From a virus (lineage: Duplodnaviria; Caudoviricetes), in the IMG/VR virus record IMGVR_UViG_3300020403_004398, positions 1 through 64,000 of that record: a stretch of DNA of 64,000 nucleotides. One strand, given 5' to 3'. The notes below the pieces were generated by a model. The model had not been told where the DNA came from, ran no database searches, and saw only the letters and a program-made list of their open reading frames with translations. A program made the translations under genes and the position numbers. Below are positions 48,901-57,144 of this stretch, piece by piece (the stretch's first letter is position 1; each line of letters begins with the position of its first letter).

Positions 48901-50171
48901 GAAAGAGCGGTAACTCTTATAGCTTTAAAAAGCTAGGGCAACTGGCAGAGAGGAAAAAGATAAGTGAAGCAGTCGTTGCAATACCTTATTATATAACATA
49001 TCAAAATCGTAAAAATGTAGTAAAGCTTTTTTCGCTAAATCAAACAGCGTTTCATCAAGCGCAAGATTTAAATATAGCAAAAAAAGAATTCCTAACAAAA
49101 AACCTTCAGGACTCGCCCTCGATCGACGACGCGCGTCTAATAAAAGAAAGTTATGAAGAGTGGCACGAAAAATGCGGCCAGGACGCAGTCGAGAATATAG
49201 CCTATCAATTGAGAATGATGGAAAAATATATATTGCCACCTCAATTTGATTTCTTGCAAAATCCTGAAGATGTTGATCCTCATGTGGCATATATTTTTCA
49301 ATTTAAGAGTGAATTGACTAGAGAGGACTTAGCAAGCATATGGCAAAATATGTATCCCGTATCCACAAGCCTTGCATCGAAGCCGCAGCATTCAACTGTG
49401 AGTTCGGACTCTTCTGAGTCCGATACTGAATACGTTACGAGCTTTTTGGAGCCCGGAGATATAGGGATTTTTAAAGATAAAGAATCTAACTATAAAGATG
49501 CAAAACAATTCTTGAATGAGGAGGTTAGGTGGCTGGTGTTCAAGGCAAAATTAAGAGCTAGTTCTCATTATTATGAAATAGTTGAAAACTCTGTAAGCGA
49601 CACATTGGGAGATATAGAAAACCTCGAAGGAACAGAGTATCAAGGCGACGAAAGATATTTGGCAAGAGATGAAAGAACAGAGTTCGGCGAATATGGATAC
49701 AATTGGCCTTATGATTACTTTTCGCTAGTTGAACTAATTAAGGTTGAAAGTAAAGTTGATTTTTATTCTAAGTCCGTCGCCAAGAAAGATGGTAATTCGT
49801 TTAGAACACAAGAGGCTAGATTTGAAATGCAAGAAGGACCACAAGAGACAGAAGTATTAGAAATAAGTGAAGCTGGTGCAGGCAGCAGTTATTCGCTTGA
49901 GCCAGAAAGTCAATCTTCTGATTCGTCTGCAACTATAGAAATGGTTGTAAGAGAGACCCTCAAGGCAGATGATGACCCAATACCCACACCAGCAGATACA
50001 CTAACAGTCGCGACAGCAACAATAAAATCGGGAACAGAGTCTCTGTATGTCAACGGAATGTTGCAGTCTTACGGGGCTTCAAGGGATTATACCATACTAG
50101 GAAACACAATAACTTTGACGTACGACTTAGAAGCTTCAGACGCAGTTTATATAACTTACATAAAGGAGTAA
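39900..50171 (+). CDS. Giant (3423 aa) gp7/GpI-like baseplate protein with LamG (ConA-like) domains
   Basis: LamG motifs TAEFWLK, KWHHYAVS, FYVDG, GSMDDFRYW. Wedge-like RFLPEW...EFD and KKKGSKRAFDSIL. C-terminal LYVNG..Q..DYT..GNTITL domain. Confidence 0.7.
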   Translation: MTDYKNIPPKSKLSEKREKQFLKRKRHSINESSGLISKNLESDKVLQAYGNYVKTFRPDVKVKDPSTFACFGSAEKYYNDAAYNIVNYYPFDGTREQLLAWHTSSNPLDVAILKNNWPASVGHLAFNKSEYVTFYAGPQYLASANFVGDIHKEETSLTMNPTKGNTAEFWLKKEAFNEQESHAEVLFDIGSYPGKLSDSQTGIFKLYLNASSSGSPFYLTYKSGSVGITDLQIGSSTHTTSSIIDSKWHHYAVSVWKESSKIHVKFYVDGVYDSHHQVSDAAYETMGKVDAYMGGSLGAAQAFTSGSLSGSMDDFRYWKGKRTAKEIGKYYDKRVFASDKTSDDYTSRLGAYFKFNRSKTGDTSKDSIAVDYSGNNLFGTIKNYASSCRVSTSAITLSDISKNSEQKDPILDSSHQQVSSLISEYSAIGKQFDNHNQSTLTRFLPEWAQPDRIDAASQDSKDFATLLHMMSSEFDRIKAGIDALVRHRGIKYADPITKIGANGVIVETTSSYIDNNTIECAEHRDLDPWTAGNRAYWPSRNLEETGLQVEAQPIISEVTAEEYVENELIHVMELSFADLKNLIIENINITANSTLKKKGSKRAFDSILHSYGVDQNNISTKLYGHNADLFITSSKVDFVSEKKRSLFLGDNKSATLFMSSSSPETQKTFLKADTRETEYTFEGNFIFPNITSSSGFVTSASIFGAHEVSASNNSFVVTDPDGASFQVSSTKTGLTDHGDVKFSLSSSALLLSLNTELTSPSMPNVYKNSLWNLSVRISKNADNKFVYNPTPTYKVQFSGYNYVLDNLENYFETSSVITSDVYERFKSANKTVFVGAHRDNITGSVTKETDIKIINFNVWNDSLSTLELQARSQSPSIVGRSKAFMYEDSYASSNRPIEQSLIFGWQFSNLQTASVDNTIIVEDLSSGSAEMVSKYGNLIGYKYPAKSTALSHKTSNVLQEEFLPVVRFSPIDATHGLESVSVKKSEIEKFQQQTKPDSILISFEKSMYEAISREMVNFLGGVESFNNLIGEPVNKYRKTYKFLDHLRGKFFQTVESQNQFERYVRYYRWIESSIGTFLRQLVPASMDSHTGIENVVESHVLERNKYDYKLPKINRKDPNLSTSLLSINELLYDWEHGHISDSEDDHCLWNKDRKERVTIGDRETIRKVLTTVVTGSGWTPARNYVLRNLVKPYKYSTDLQRVYNQGSNRNANKIKDFYKIINEGKNIEINSTDLYEFKKCNDVINPQQEKIYTVKTNTVGTDGYLDGDADLLLPFTFYSSSAGVDFSVFKQNLSITNNHDDAPTLQGPFVRDKVGGMPHRRVKIGTAHKDRPEAYEIETTSNKLTIKASQKAKSMFHRDLGGARFYHIGNVKTTTEPLLLGNYSKDYEIVQTAGRHINNCHLVNSGGVDLTGQYSNSTYITDLASTTKLIDFAVPNRGRSEHVFVNRFSAPGSPETLSPSSLDRESAEYSVYNTVNYRNVGVRSALNLFSKEYSGQFGYRSSSATQGSVHKTNRNPLRYTGSAGKEKNYDNSFVQHQIPQNDFGYAWVTSSANEDVYSFLNKNSNFGHQHKFEISGSLKSSETISFTSRSSRLTAYNAADFAGIQTWNNYTIDKELNTQAYNSPITHLNDVILGLQGPYSWPTWKQIRGSEHPIVRAHKKSNDFSVVFTGDIPFTFSYPGVKYDYSNTQENNNLINTPRSVRNYKEILVTSKFNPVTVSLHEILEEDMVEFLSQNDFLPSTLSQAKLSQLWYNDEFMHEFLSKNASSDMPSISLRATVQNDVTGFANQDLTDDIDFSEQEFLKNKNLEKINSYLEFLEGPMAKDLQLSELNYIETIYPREINTYTKNARTRENFEFFGWNSSRNSRNLILTGNVLYDGFLINNATQKFFLKPTASFQEDNFKTSYFNSIEVVDLISTGSTSSIATAASKYITGSTWVLDSRKDINTTPLSLTSSFFLDGDTFLANREQATLGEGILQNDYSIFALGMNAARGAPPFAPLYNRRIPQAYNGDFFLSGEAKWSAADGRTGPFFDNYDVYAEEIRLIGQEYSLIPEYRVSEFVEDIYSSKDRNASARREDFLQLTGAIYDKSSGELSVGSRFFKTYSTSDFMKYFQPVRENLENNNFSLDPGRLTLRCQAVKRFLPYRGFYPAERVVQISEIFHRGYMKSGSFSAKYLENDLITETEARNLLNLRIENSKAQVFKPIGAPGVLLNSIKAGVAVDYPIFHSVITGAIESILDTKYDTPIINHSFMSLGSDVCFTGSSINSTVDAGIPRLTGSVSHRVTFEDMLTPENLMTEVIHDNEPHPSASLLYGTADFVKVLERPARFGMLDQTEVKNKIAISFGNLKESFGHALKPYKSAINNFTAETVNFFLEEGKLQTLISEPTAPLLSAGTTYKMKVYLLNEDTVMYDRHSAFGPPVDDGHVGVTTYEEATTGISGIASSASITFDHTNQDPLRREPTNLVPYSLSGATTLSSHAVGFTFTASNGTGLSIGYYDSLNYTGSMARFEFKEPSQYSATVDDYIDDNATFPLLGLSGSSGSVSLFFYNSVQFGSTLTGKYVDVSDGASGFKTATQVATEVKNILSSSLSSSFMFFQDGANFTAFSRTRAVNEDTAILTGSNATVAPSAFGGLGNNAKNIANISQTGSQTGTFGTELFDYEVVAGVDWPTYALSFNSNTVRYVDIHRVATDVFGASTVADDTRDAIITLSGAVGDYMITASAPGSTSTVTITRLNTGSAGNQPLGQMSLPINTTDLVSSFPSAFTGGRDSFLVTSLSASVTVKSGSHGHLPYVPPFLDPHTRPYIELSFTPNKDKVYTIPEIIDNVTASYYNIAEPSNAETNTNYKEAMSLSASIDFKKYVKLISDNYTVSESGHRTPLDPSSTEKFRWVIQPKWETPIMDFQDREVQTLNLNNGTVVSTSKSPWKTRYQTTYYEEFNESGTPYLTSSTGMWHQSGSVITKTEQKGYYLTIESADYDPQNNVADLASIVGFVPEPHLSGRRRKSGNSYSFKKLGQLAERKKISEAVVAIPYYITYQNRKNVVKLFSLNQTAFHQAQDLNIAKKEFLTKNLQDSPSIDDARLIKESYEEWHEKCGQDAVENIAYQLRMMEKYILPPQFDFLQNPEDVDPHVAYIFQFKSELTREDLASIWQNMYPVSTSLASKPQHSTVSSDSSESDTEYVTSFLEPGDIGIFKDKESNYKDAKQFLNEEVRWLVFKAKLRASSHYYEIVENSVSDTLGDIENLEGTEYQGDERYLARDERTEFGEYGYNWPYDYFSLVELIKVESKVDFYSKSVAKKDGNSFRTQEARFEMQEGPQETEVLEISEAGAGSSYSLEPESQSSDSSATIEMVVRETLKADDDPIPTPADTLTVATATIKSGTESLYVNGMLQSYGASRDYTILGNTITLTYDLEASDAVYITYIKE

Positions 50172-50177
50172 AGATAA

Positions 50178-51038
50178 GTGTCGTTTTTTAATAGCAAGGA
50201 AGAAGTAATAGATATTAAGCTTACGCAGTTTGGTAAAAATTTGTTGTCAAGAGGCTATTTTAAACCAGTGTATTATAGGTTTTTTGATGATGATATATTG
50301 TATGACTCGGATTATGCAAATTTTGCAGAACACCAGAACGACACCGAAATTAGAATTCTTGAAAACACGCCTCGACTAAAGACTAGACACGTATCCTATC
50401 CGGTAGAACAGTCTTATTTAGACGAGCAAGAAGTGGCAGACAACACAGAGTCCGACCGCCGGCGCCATAGTTTAATATTTAAAGAAATAAAGAGAGATTT
50501 AGATCCACTAATCCAAGAAAGATTACTTCTGTACCCTCTTCATTCAAAAGAGATACAAAATGAAAAAGCGCCAAGAATACAGGTTAGAACATTGGATCAG
50601 AGAATATCTGGAAGTATTACTATGTTAAACTTAACGTCTTCTGGAATAATAAAAAATATCCCTCAAATTACAATAAATCCTGAATACAGGATAGAAGAAA
50701 ATAGAATGAACCTTCAACCTCGTAAAATGGTAAATCAAGAGTCGTATTTCGATTTATCTTCTAGAGAAGTTGTTTTCGCCGATAATTCTAAAATCAACGT
50801 TCTTTCAAAGGACATAGTTATTGACATAGAAGAGGTAAATGCATTTTTCGGCAATGACAATTTTGAAATAGAGGTCTATGAAGTAATAGAGGTCGACGGC
50901 CGCGACGATGACCTGAGAAGAATAGAAGATCTAGAAGAAGTAGGAAAATTTTTTCACATTAGGACAGACGAGGACATTCCCGGTTTCACTATCGAATCAG
51001 GAAGAAAAAAGAATTACTACAGAAGAGGTGAAAGCTAG
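50178..51038 (+). CDS. Structural-module hypothetical protein
   Basis: N-terminus IDIKLTQFGKNLLSRGYFKPVYYRFFDDDILY is paralogous to the N-terminus of 57145. Confidence 0.65.
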   Translation: MSFFNSKEEVIDIKLTQFGKNLLSRGYFKPVYYRFFDDDILYDSDYANFAEHQNDTEIRILENTPRLKTRHVSYPVEQSYLDEQEVADNTESDRRRHSLIFKEIKRDLDPLIQERLLLYPLHSKEIQNEKAPRIQVRTLDQRISGSITMLNLTSSGIIKNIPQITINPEYRIEENRMNLQPRKMVNQESYFDLSSREVVFADNSKINVLSKDIVIDIEEVNAFFGNDNFEIEVYEVIEVDGRDDDLRRIEDLEEVGKFFHIRTDEDIPGFTIESGRKKNYYRRGES

Positions 51039-54000
51039 TGGCAAATTATTATGGCGAAGACGCGTTCCCAATTATTACTACAAAAAGAATTAGAATAGTT
51101 GACTCCCACCAGCAAAAGGTAAAAGTTGAGTACGCCCTTAGATTACCGCAAGGCATAGACTCCGGTACACTCCTGCGCGATTTTTCATCAATTGGAGATA
51201 TTAGAATATTTTTTGTTATTTTAGATGATACAAGTTACTCTCTAATAACGAACCTGATGAATGTCCGCACCCGGCAGGCAGCAATAGATATGATAAACAG
51301 AGAACAGCAGAAATTATTAGCTGAAGACCTCAATCAACTACCAAGCTTTGCAATTAATCGCATAGCGGATTCCAAAGCCATGGCCTCGATGGCTTTCGAG
51401 GAAGTATTGCAAAATCAGAGAACAATGAGGGTTTCAGCTTCAGATCTTGGGGGTGAGTACTACCATGATGTGTATGGAGAGATAGAAATACCATATGATC
51501 CACCTACAAGTTATTCTGAAATGTCAACAAATCGACTACATTTAGTGTCATTTTTTCATGTATTAGTAGAAGAAGATAAGTATACCGACGCACTAGGGGG
51601 AGGTTTGGTGTATGATTTGTTGTTAGAGAGGGCGGAAAATGGAAGGCTAACTATTCCAAACTTTATAAATGCGTTTTTTGTGGATGATCCAAGCGCTGGA
51701 ATGATACCCTATTATGGCCCTGCACACTACCACGGCCCTAATAATTCAGCTGACGGTTATGTTGGCTGGATGGCTGGCCATATGGAAGGAGAAATGGGCC
51801 CAAGGCTTACAGTACATCAAGTTAGAAATTATAAAATCTCCTCAGATGTTTCGTTTGGGGCTCACCGCTCAATAGTTGGGACTCCGGCGGCCAATCGGTT
51901 GGCTGCCCACGCTGGATCCTCTCGTGCACCCGCCGGCCAGGAAGTAGAGGGTTTTTTAAATTCTTTTTTTGACCAAAATACTTTGCTGGACAAACAAGAA
52001 AAGATCCGCAGAATGGCCATCGCGTCTTTGTATTCTGATAGAATAAATAATTTAAATGTAGTACAACACGGCACAGCTAATACCGCGCATATAAATGTTA
52101 TTGTAGATGAGACGAACACCGCCGTACCGTCGTTAGCTAATAGTAACCATGCTTTCGTGCTAGGTATCAACATATTAGATATAATAAAATCAGAATCTTC
52201 TTTTGGGCACATTGTAAACTTTCACGATGAAAGAGGAAACACCTCCTTTGTGTCGGAAGCAGTAAGATACAGTAAGATAGCAGGAATAAAAATAACCAGA
52301 AGAAGAGTGGATAGCATACCATATTCATCAAATAAGCTAGCTACACCAGAATATCCAAGGTACAATTCAGAAGATACTGACATGTTTTTAATTTCATCAG
52401 CTGACGAAACTCGATCTTTAAACCAAAGAGTATTTGGCCGCTCCCGTAACTCTGGTCCTTCCCTCGGTCTTGCGGCCGCAGAGACACCAAGGGGTTCCAT
52501 TGAAGAAGTGGAGGTGCTAAGTTTTCGAAATTTTCTTGATTCTTCATCCCGCCCAAGAACACATCACCGGCATTTTTTAATAAAAGATTTTGATTTATTT
52601 CACAACGTCGAAAGTGGAAAATACACCTACTTGTTAGAGCTGATTTTACACGATGGTACGCGGGATGTAATATCTATAATGTTTAATAGACTAAAAGACA
52701 GTTTAAAAGATTTTCAAGAATATATAAAAGAGGCATCTACTGCAGCTGTTCGCAACCCAGCAGGCGATGACTATTTGCATGGTAATTATGATTATTTAAT
52801 AGGTGATCACACACCAGCATTTAAAAATAGTACAAATTTTGAAAACACAATCAAAAAAGCAGTGGACTCCTACTGTGAGATTGTGAGATTTATTGGTTCG
52901 ACACCAGTGCATTATTCGGTGAAAGAAAGGTTATATAATTTTTTAAGCCCGATTGGGGTTAGCTTAGAAACTCTACACCAGTTTGAAGATTTGCTGTCAT
53001 CTCTAGCTTCCACTTTAAAAGATGTGCTTTACACAGGGGTCGAAAAATCTTTCGACGGCTTTATAAGTCACGGACAAGAAATAAGTGTTCCCGATAGTCC
53101 AGCACATATACAAAGGCAGATAACAGTATCTTCAAAAACCAATGTCTTCATCGACGCGTTTTCAAAGACTAGCGTTCTGGCTGACTATTCTCAAACAAGG
53201 GGGGTTTTTCAATCTATAGTTTCATCTCAAGACTTATATCTGAGATTAAACTCAAACCCAGAAACGTTTAATGATATAACTCCCTCAAGGTATATCCTGT
53301 GTGACCCTGTAGCGTTTAAGGAAAAACAAGTAAACGTCGTTCAAAAAACTGGCAGACGGCCAGAGATTAACTCAGGCAGAATGAAAGACATAGAACACAG
53401 GACGGAAGGACATATTCAAATTATATCAACGTTCGAAGATTACAGCACTTCCAGCCCCCTTAGAAGAGAATTTATAGACACAAAAATGAACGTACTTAGA
53501 AAACTCGATGCGGAAAACACTGCGATGGCGGAAAAAGAGGAGTCTTTTTTTCCTCAAATGTTACAAACCTTTTCAGGGTTAGCGCTTGGAACATCTACAG
53601 GAGTTAGTTTTACCAGTCCTTTATCGATGGCGCGCTCGTTAAATTTATTTGATAATTCGCCCAACATGTCAGAAGAGGTTCAAGAGGCGATTTGTGAAGC
53701 TGCTTACAAAGGTACAGATAAAGATTTTTTTGTTAATTCTATAAGTAGCACATACAAAGATTTGGTACAAACAAGAAAGCAGCTCGGAAATTTGTACGAC
53801 CAAATGAATAAAATATTTGGACTGTTCGATTCCATTGTTTCTCAAGGTGCCACTAACTCAAATTTTAAGGCCAGATTCTTAGGCACCGGGCCCGGCAAGG
53901 TTTCTAGAAATATAAATTTGCCTGGATCAACTTATGATCGCGATGCGTCTACTGCTTTTATGGTTGGCCCTGGTGTGGAAAAGTCAACCGCGAACTTAGC

Positions 54001-54130
54001 CATTGTACTTAAGCAGGGAAGAAAAATGTCGACCCAAACAAGAAAGAAGTTTGTAATTCTAAAGTATGAACCAGAAAGAGAAAAGGACAATATAATACCA
54101 GTTAACAATGTAATGATGGTGGAGGTATAA
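51038..54130 (+). CDS. Large hypothetical virion protein (1030 aa)
   Basis: Long ORF coupled to its neighbours inside the structural block; no recognised motif. Confidence 0.65.
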   Translation: MANYYGEDAFPIITTKRIRIVDSHQQKVKVEYALRLPQGIDSGTLLRDFSSIGDIRIFFVILDDTSYSLITNLMNVRTRQAAIDMINREQQKLLAEDLNQLPSFAINRIADSKAMASMAFEEVLQNQRTMRVSASDLGGEYYHDVYGEIEIPYDPPTSYSEMSTNRLHLVSFFHVLVEEDKYTDALGGGLVYDLLLERAENGRLTIPNFINAFFVDDPSAGMIPYYGPAHYHGPNNSADGYVGWMAGHMEGEMGPRLTVHQVRNYKISSDVSFGAHRSIVGTPAANRLAAHAGSSRAPAGQEVEGFLNSFFDQNTLLDKQEKIRRMAIASLYSDRINNLNVVQHGTANTAHINVIVDETNTAVPSLANSNHAFVLGINILDIIKSESSFGHIVNFHDERGNTSFVSEAVRYSKIAGIKITRRRVDSIPYSSNKLATPEYPRYNSEDTDMFLISSADETRSLNQRVFGRSRNSGPSLGLAAAETPRGSIEEVEVLSFRNFLDSSSRPRTHHRHFLIKDFDLFHNVESGKYTYLLELILHDGTRDVISIMFNRLKDSLKDFQEYIKEASTAAVRNPAGDDYLHGNYDYLIGDHTPAFKNSTNFENTIKKAVDSYCEIVRFIGSTPVHYSVKERLYNFLSPIGVSLETLHQFEDLLSSLASTLKDVLYTGVEKSFDGFISHGQEISVPDSPAHIQRQITVSSKTNVFIDAFSKTSVLADYSQTRGVFQSIVSSQDLYLRLNSNPETFNDITPSRYILCDPVAFKEKQVNVVQKTGRRPEINSGRMKDIEHRTEGHIQIISTFEDYSTSSPLRREFIDTKMNVLRKLDAENTAMAEKEESFFPQMLQTFSGLALGTSTGVSFTSPLSMARSLNLFDNSPNMSEEVQEAICEAAYKGTDKDFFVNSISSTYKDLVQTRKQLGNLYDQMNKIFGLFDSIVSQGATNSNFKARFLGTGPGKVSRNINLPGSTYDRDASTAFMVGPGVEKSTANLAIVLKQGRKMSTQTRKKFVILKYEPEREKDNIIPVNNVMMVEV

Positions 54131-54132
54131 AC

Positions 54133-57045
54133 ATGGAAGACGACAATTGCAGATACATTCCAGAACCTTGTGATCCGCCTGTAGACGATCCACCCGGCGG
54201 CGGCGGAGGCGGCACACCCCCAGGTGATCCTAGTGAAGAGGCGCCCCAACCTGCAGTCCCGGCCTTCCCAGAGAGGGATACGCGAGATTTAACTAGAAGT
54301 ACACCCGGCGCCCTTAGAGAAACTGTCTTGGTAGAAAGGCAGAACTATACTAGCCAAGCGCCAGAGGCCGTCTATCGAGCTCCGGCTCAGATGGTCCAAG
54401 AACTTTCAACTCATTTGGGCGACGGATTTGAGAGAATGGACATTTTCCGCCATGTTGCAGGTTCATTGTGGACCTTTGAAGAGGGAGAGCTAAGAACAAT
54501 TATTGGACCTCACTTTGTTGGGGAGGCAGCTTTGCATCTGGCTATTCGCACACCTCCATCCAACGCCAGCCGCGGCGTCCCATTTTCTGTGGGTGTAAAA
54601 CCCGCAGTAAGAATTCCAGCTACTAAGGTTTTTCAAGAAGACGTTTTTTTGGTGGTCCACAGAGACAGTATCGAAGCTTTATTCTCAGATAATGATAATT
54701 ATGAAGATTTGTTCCTGCCTGATCCCGGCAGCCCGCGCGAAGAGTACAACGCCGCCTCGAGGCTATCCATAGCGGCGAATCCATTCAGAGGCTTGCCACA
54801 CATCAACGATGTTAACCAGGGGAGATGGCGCACACGTATATCAGACGACCCAGACTTTGAGGAGGCCGACCTGCCGCGCGGCTCATCGATCCCAGTAGGT
54901 TTTCCATTGTCAAGTTACAAGTTTGATTCGTCGTTTAAAGCTCCAGCAGCTTATTTTCGAGCAGAAACTATACAAGAAGGAGAAGTGATAAAAGACAACG
55001 TCTTGTTAGAGTCTGTTTCCGACTCGTCAACTGAATATCCTGAAGGCTTGTCGGAGTTGGACTTGTTGAAAAGTGCTTATAGAATATATGCTATAACCGA
55101 ATTGGGCATGGAGGCTGATCCCACGATTAGTACACACGATGACTTCAACCAAAAATTTCCCGCAGAACAAGTTGAATTAATCGCCAGTGCAAATTCCTGG
55201 ATACAGCAAAGCTTAGAACAGCCAAGATACCAGACTGCTTTAGCAGAATCTGACATAGGCACCCATGTAAAAATATCATTTAACATGCATCATGACAGCG
55301 ATATCGCGGCCGTTTTTAAAAATCAGGAGCTGGATAAAGTTCTTTTAGATATGATAACTAAAGAAGAAAACAAACAAGAGATATTATTTACTCAAGTTTT
55401 GAACCAGCAAGATGATAGAACCGGCGAAGTTTTAAACGACAAAGTAGTAACAGAGTACACTCCTAACAACTATCAAATAAGCAGGCGTGATATTAATCGA
55501 TATTTACGCGGTGACGCCAATGACATGTCTTACGGTGATGAAACTATGATGAAAAACGAATTTCCTTTAGGTTATGCACTAAACACAACATTAATTCCAG
55601 CTGTTATGGGCATGTTCGCCCGGACTCAGGAAAGATTAATAGCAGAACATCATAGAACTTTTGCAAAAATATTAAATGAAGATCTTGCTTACTCTCAAGT
55701 TGTAGCTTACAAAATTGAAAAAAGAGACGCGGAGACAGGGGAAGTTATACAAAACTTTTATCTGTTCAATGATCCAGATACCGAAGAATTTGAATTTATT
55801 GATGCACAAGTGTTTCCATTCAAGAGGTACACTTATAGCATATATACTATAAACTACGTTTTGGGTTCAAAATATCGATACCAAAACATGTTTCTTTCAA
55901 CTGGTGCCCTCGAAAATCTTGAGAATAATCAAGAGCTTCTAACAGGTAAACAGCTTCTACTCAGAGATGATCTCTCTAACACCGACCTTGTTGCTAGATA
56001 CGTCGGCGCGGCCGGGGATGTCGGCCGCCGGATATTTGATAACAAAGCAGCAACAGCGTTTAGAGTTAGAACGGAAAGGGTAGAAAGTTATATTGAAGCA
56101 CCTTATTTTAAAGATACTATAAGAGTTTCTAACCTACCCCCTCTTTATCCGAACGTGACAGTGGAGGAAGCACAAGACAATCAATCTGGCCGCACAAGAA
56201 TGGCAGAAGATAGAGTGAATATGTTTTTTAGCCAAAGAAGTGGGTTTGAATTTGAAAAACCATATGGAATCTTAGAAGAGGATATACAAATATTCGAAAA
56301 CATGAGAAGAGATCAACCCTTCGACAGAAGGGGAAGGATATCTTATGAAACAGACAATAGCTCGGTAGAATATGAGGCTTTTTTGCTTGACACCATACCG
56401 ACATCATATTCTGATTTTGCGAATGGACAAAGAAGGGTGACAAGCGTTCCAGCAATTAGTTTACAGATTAGACCAAACCACAGATATTATATGACGTTTA
56501 GAACAAGAGATAAAGATGGGATCTCTAATCCTAGTGAAATATACACATTAATGATAGTAAGTACAGACACTGAATTAAGGCTAGAATGGGATCTTTTTGA
56601 ACAACAAACAGAGCAGCATCAAGCCATAACAGTCCAACGTGCATTTAGTATTGAAGTTTCGCCAGAGCAAGCAGAGGTCAACTACGAGGCTGCACCTGTA
56701 CGATCAGACATACCAGAAGAAGAGAATAGAGAGTCCGTCTATACTAATGCGCCTCAAAACGAAGAATTTTATTACACAGCTCCCGCAGTGGAAAATCTTT
56801 TCCTTGGCCCGGGTACAAGTGCGGAATCTGTTTGGGGTAAAAAATTTAAGTTTAGAATCAGATCAAAAACAACAGGAAAAACACTAGATATAAATGCGAA
56901 GTTTCAAGCCAAAAGAACAAAGAAGTTCCCGCAGATTTTAGGGCAACGAATTGCACCAGAAGTTCAGAGAAACGTGCAGTCCACTGCAGCCTGGTTTGCT
57001 GAACGTGAAGGTAGAGTAGCTCCGGTCGAAGATGATGGCTATTGA
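54133..57045 (+). CDS. Large hypothetical virion protein (970 aa) with Pro/Gly-rich N-terminus and FN3-like strands
   Basis: PPVDDPPGGGGGGTPP; KRYTYSIY; RYYMTFRTRDKDGISNPSEIY. Confidence 0.6.
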   Translation: MEDDNCRYIPEPCDPPVDDPPGGGGGGTPPGDPSEEAPQPAVPAFPERDTRDLTRSTPGALRETVLVERQNYTSQAPEAVYRAPAQMVQELSTHLGDGFERMDIFRHVAGSLWTFEEGELRTIIGPHFVGEAALHLAIRTPPSNASRGVPFSVGVKPAVRIPATKVFQEDVFLVVHRDSIEALFSDNDNYEDLFLPDPGSPREEYNAASRLSIAANPFRGLPHINDVNQGRWRTRISDDPDFEEADLPRGSSIPVGFPLSSYKFDSSFKAPAAYFRAETIQEGEVIKDNVLLESVSDSSTEYPEGLSELDLLKSAYRIYAITELGMEADPTISTHDDFNQKFPAEQVELIASANSWIQQSLEQPRYQTALAESDIGTHVKISFNMHHDSDIAAVFKNQELDKVLLDMITKEENKQEILFTQVLNQQDDRTGEVLNDKVVTEYTPNNYQISRRDINRYLRGDANDMSYGDETMMKNEFPLGYALNTTLIPAVMGMFARTQERLIAEHHRTFAKILNEDLAYSQVVAYKIEKRDAETGEVIQNFYLFNDPDTEEFEFIDAQVFPFKRYTYSIYTINYVLGSKYRYQNMFLSTGALENLENNQELLTGKQLLLRDDLSNTDLVARYVGAAGDVGRRIFDNKAATAFRVRTERVESYIEAPYFKDTIRVSNLPPLYPNVTVEEAQDNQSGRTRMAEDRVNMFFSQRSGFEFEKPYGILEEDIQIFENMRRDQPFDRRGRISYETDNSSVEYEAFLLDTIPTSYSDFANGQRRVTSVPAISLQIRPNHRYYMTFRTRDKDGISNPSEIYTLMIVSTDTELRLEWDLFEQQTEQHQAITVQRAFSIEVSPEQAEVNYEAAPVRSDIPEEENRESVYTNAPQNEEFYYTAPAVENLFLGPGTSAESVWGKKFKFRIRSKTTGKTLDINAKFQAKRTKKFPQILGQRIAPEVQRNVQSTAAWFAEREGRVAPVEDDGY

Positions 57046-57105
57046 TTCTTGGACATTTGTACATCGCTAAGGTAAAAAATAAAAAGAATTATTAGAAACA
57101 AAATA

Positions 57106-57112
57106 CTATTTA
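57106..57112 (+). promoter_or_regulatory. CTAHTTA motif (CTATTTA)
   Basis: In the 99 nt intergenic gap, 32 nt before ATG 57145. Confidence 0.45.
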
Positions 57113-57144
57113 TTAGTGATTTTGTTAACAGAAGGAGCGTTATA

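Noticed and set aside
27103-50171. Inteins or introns explaining the giant ORF sizes
   Set aside because: No C/S...HN splice junctions or LAGLIDADG/HNH motifs recognised, and the frames are uninterrupted.
54190-54215. GGC tandem repeat
   Set aside because: It simply encodes a poly-Gly linker.
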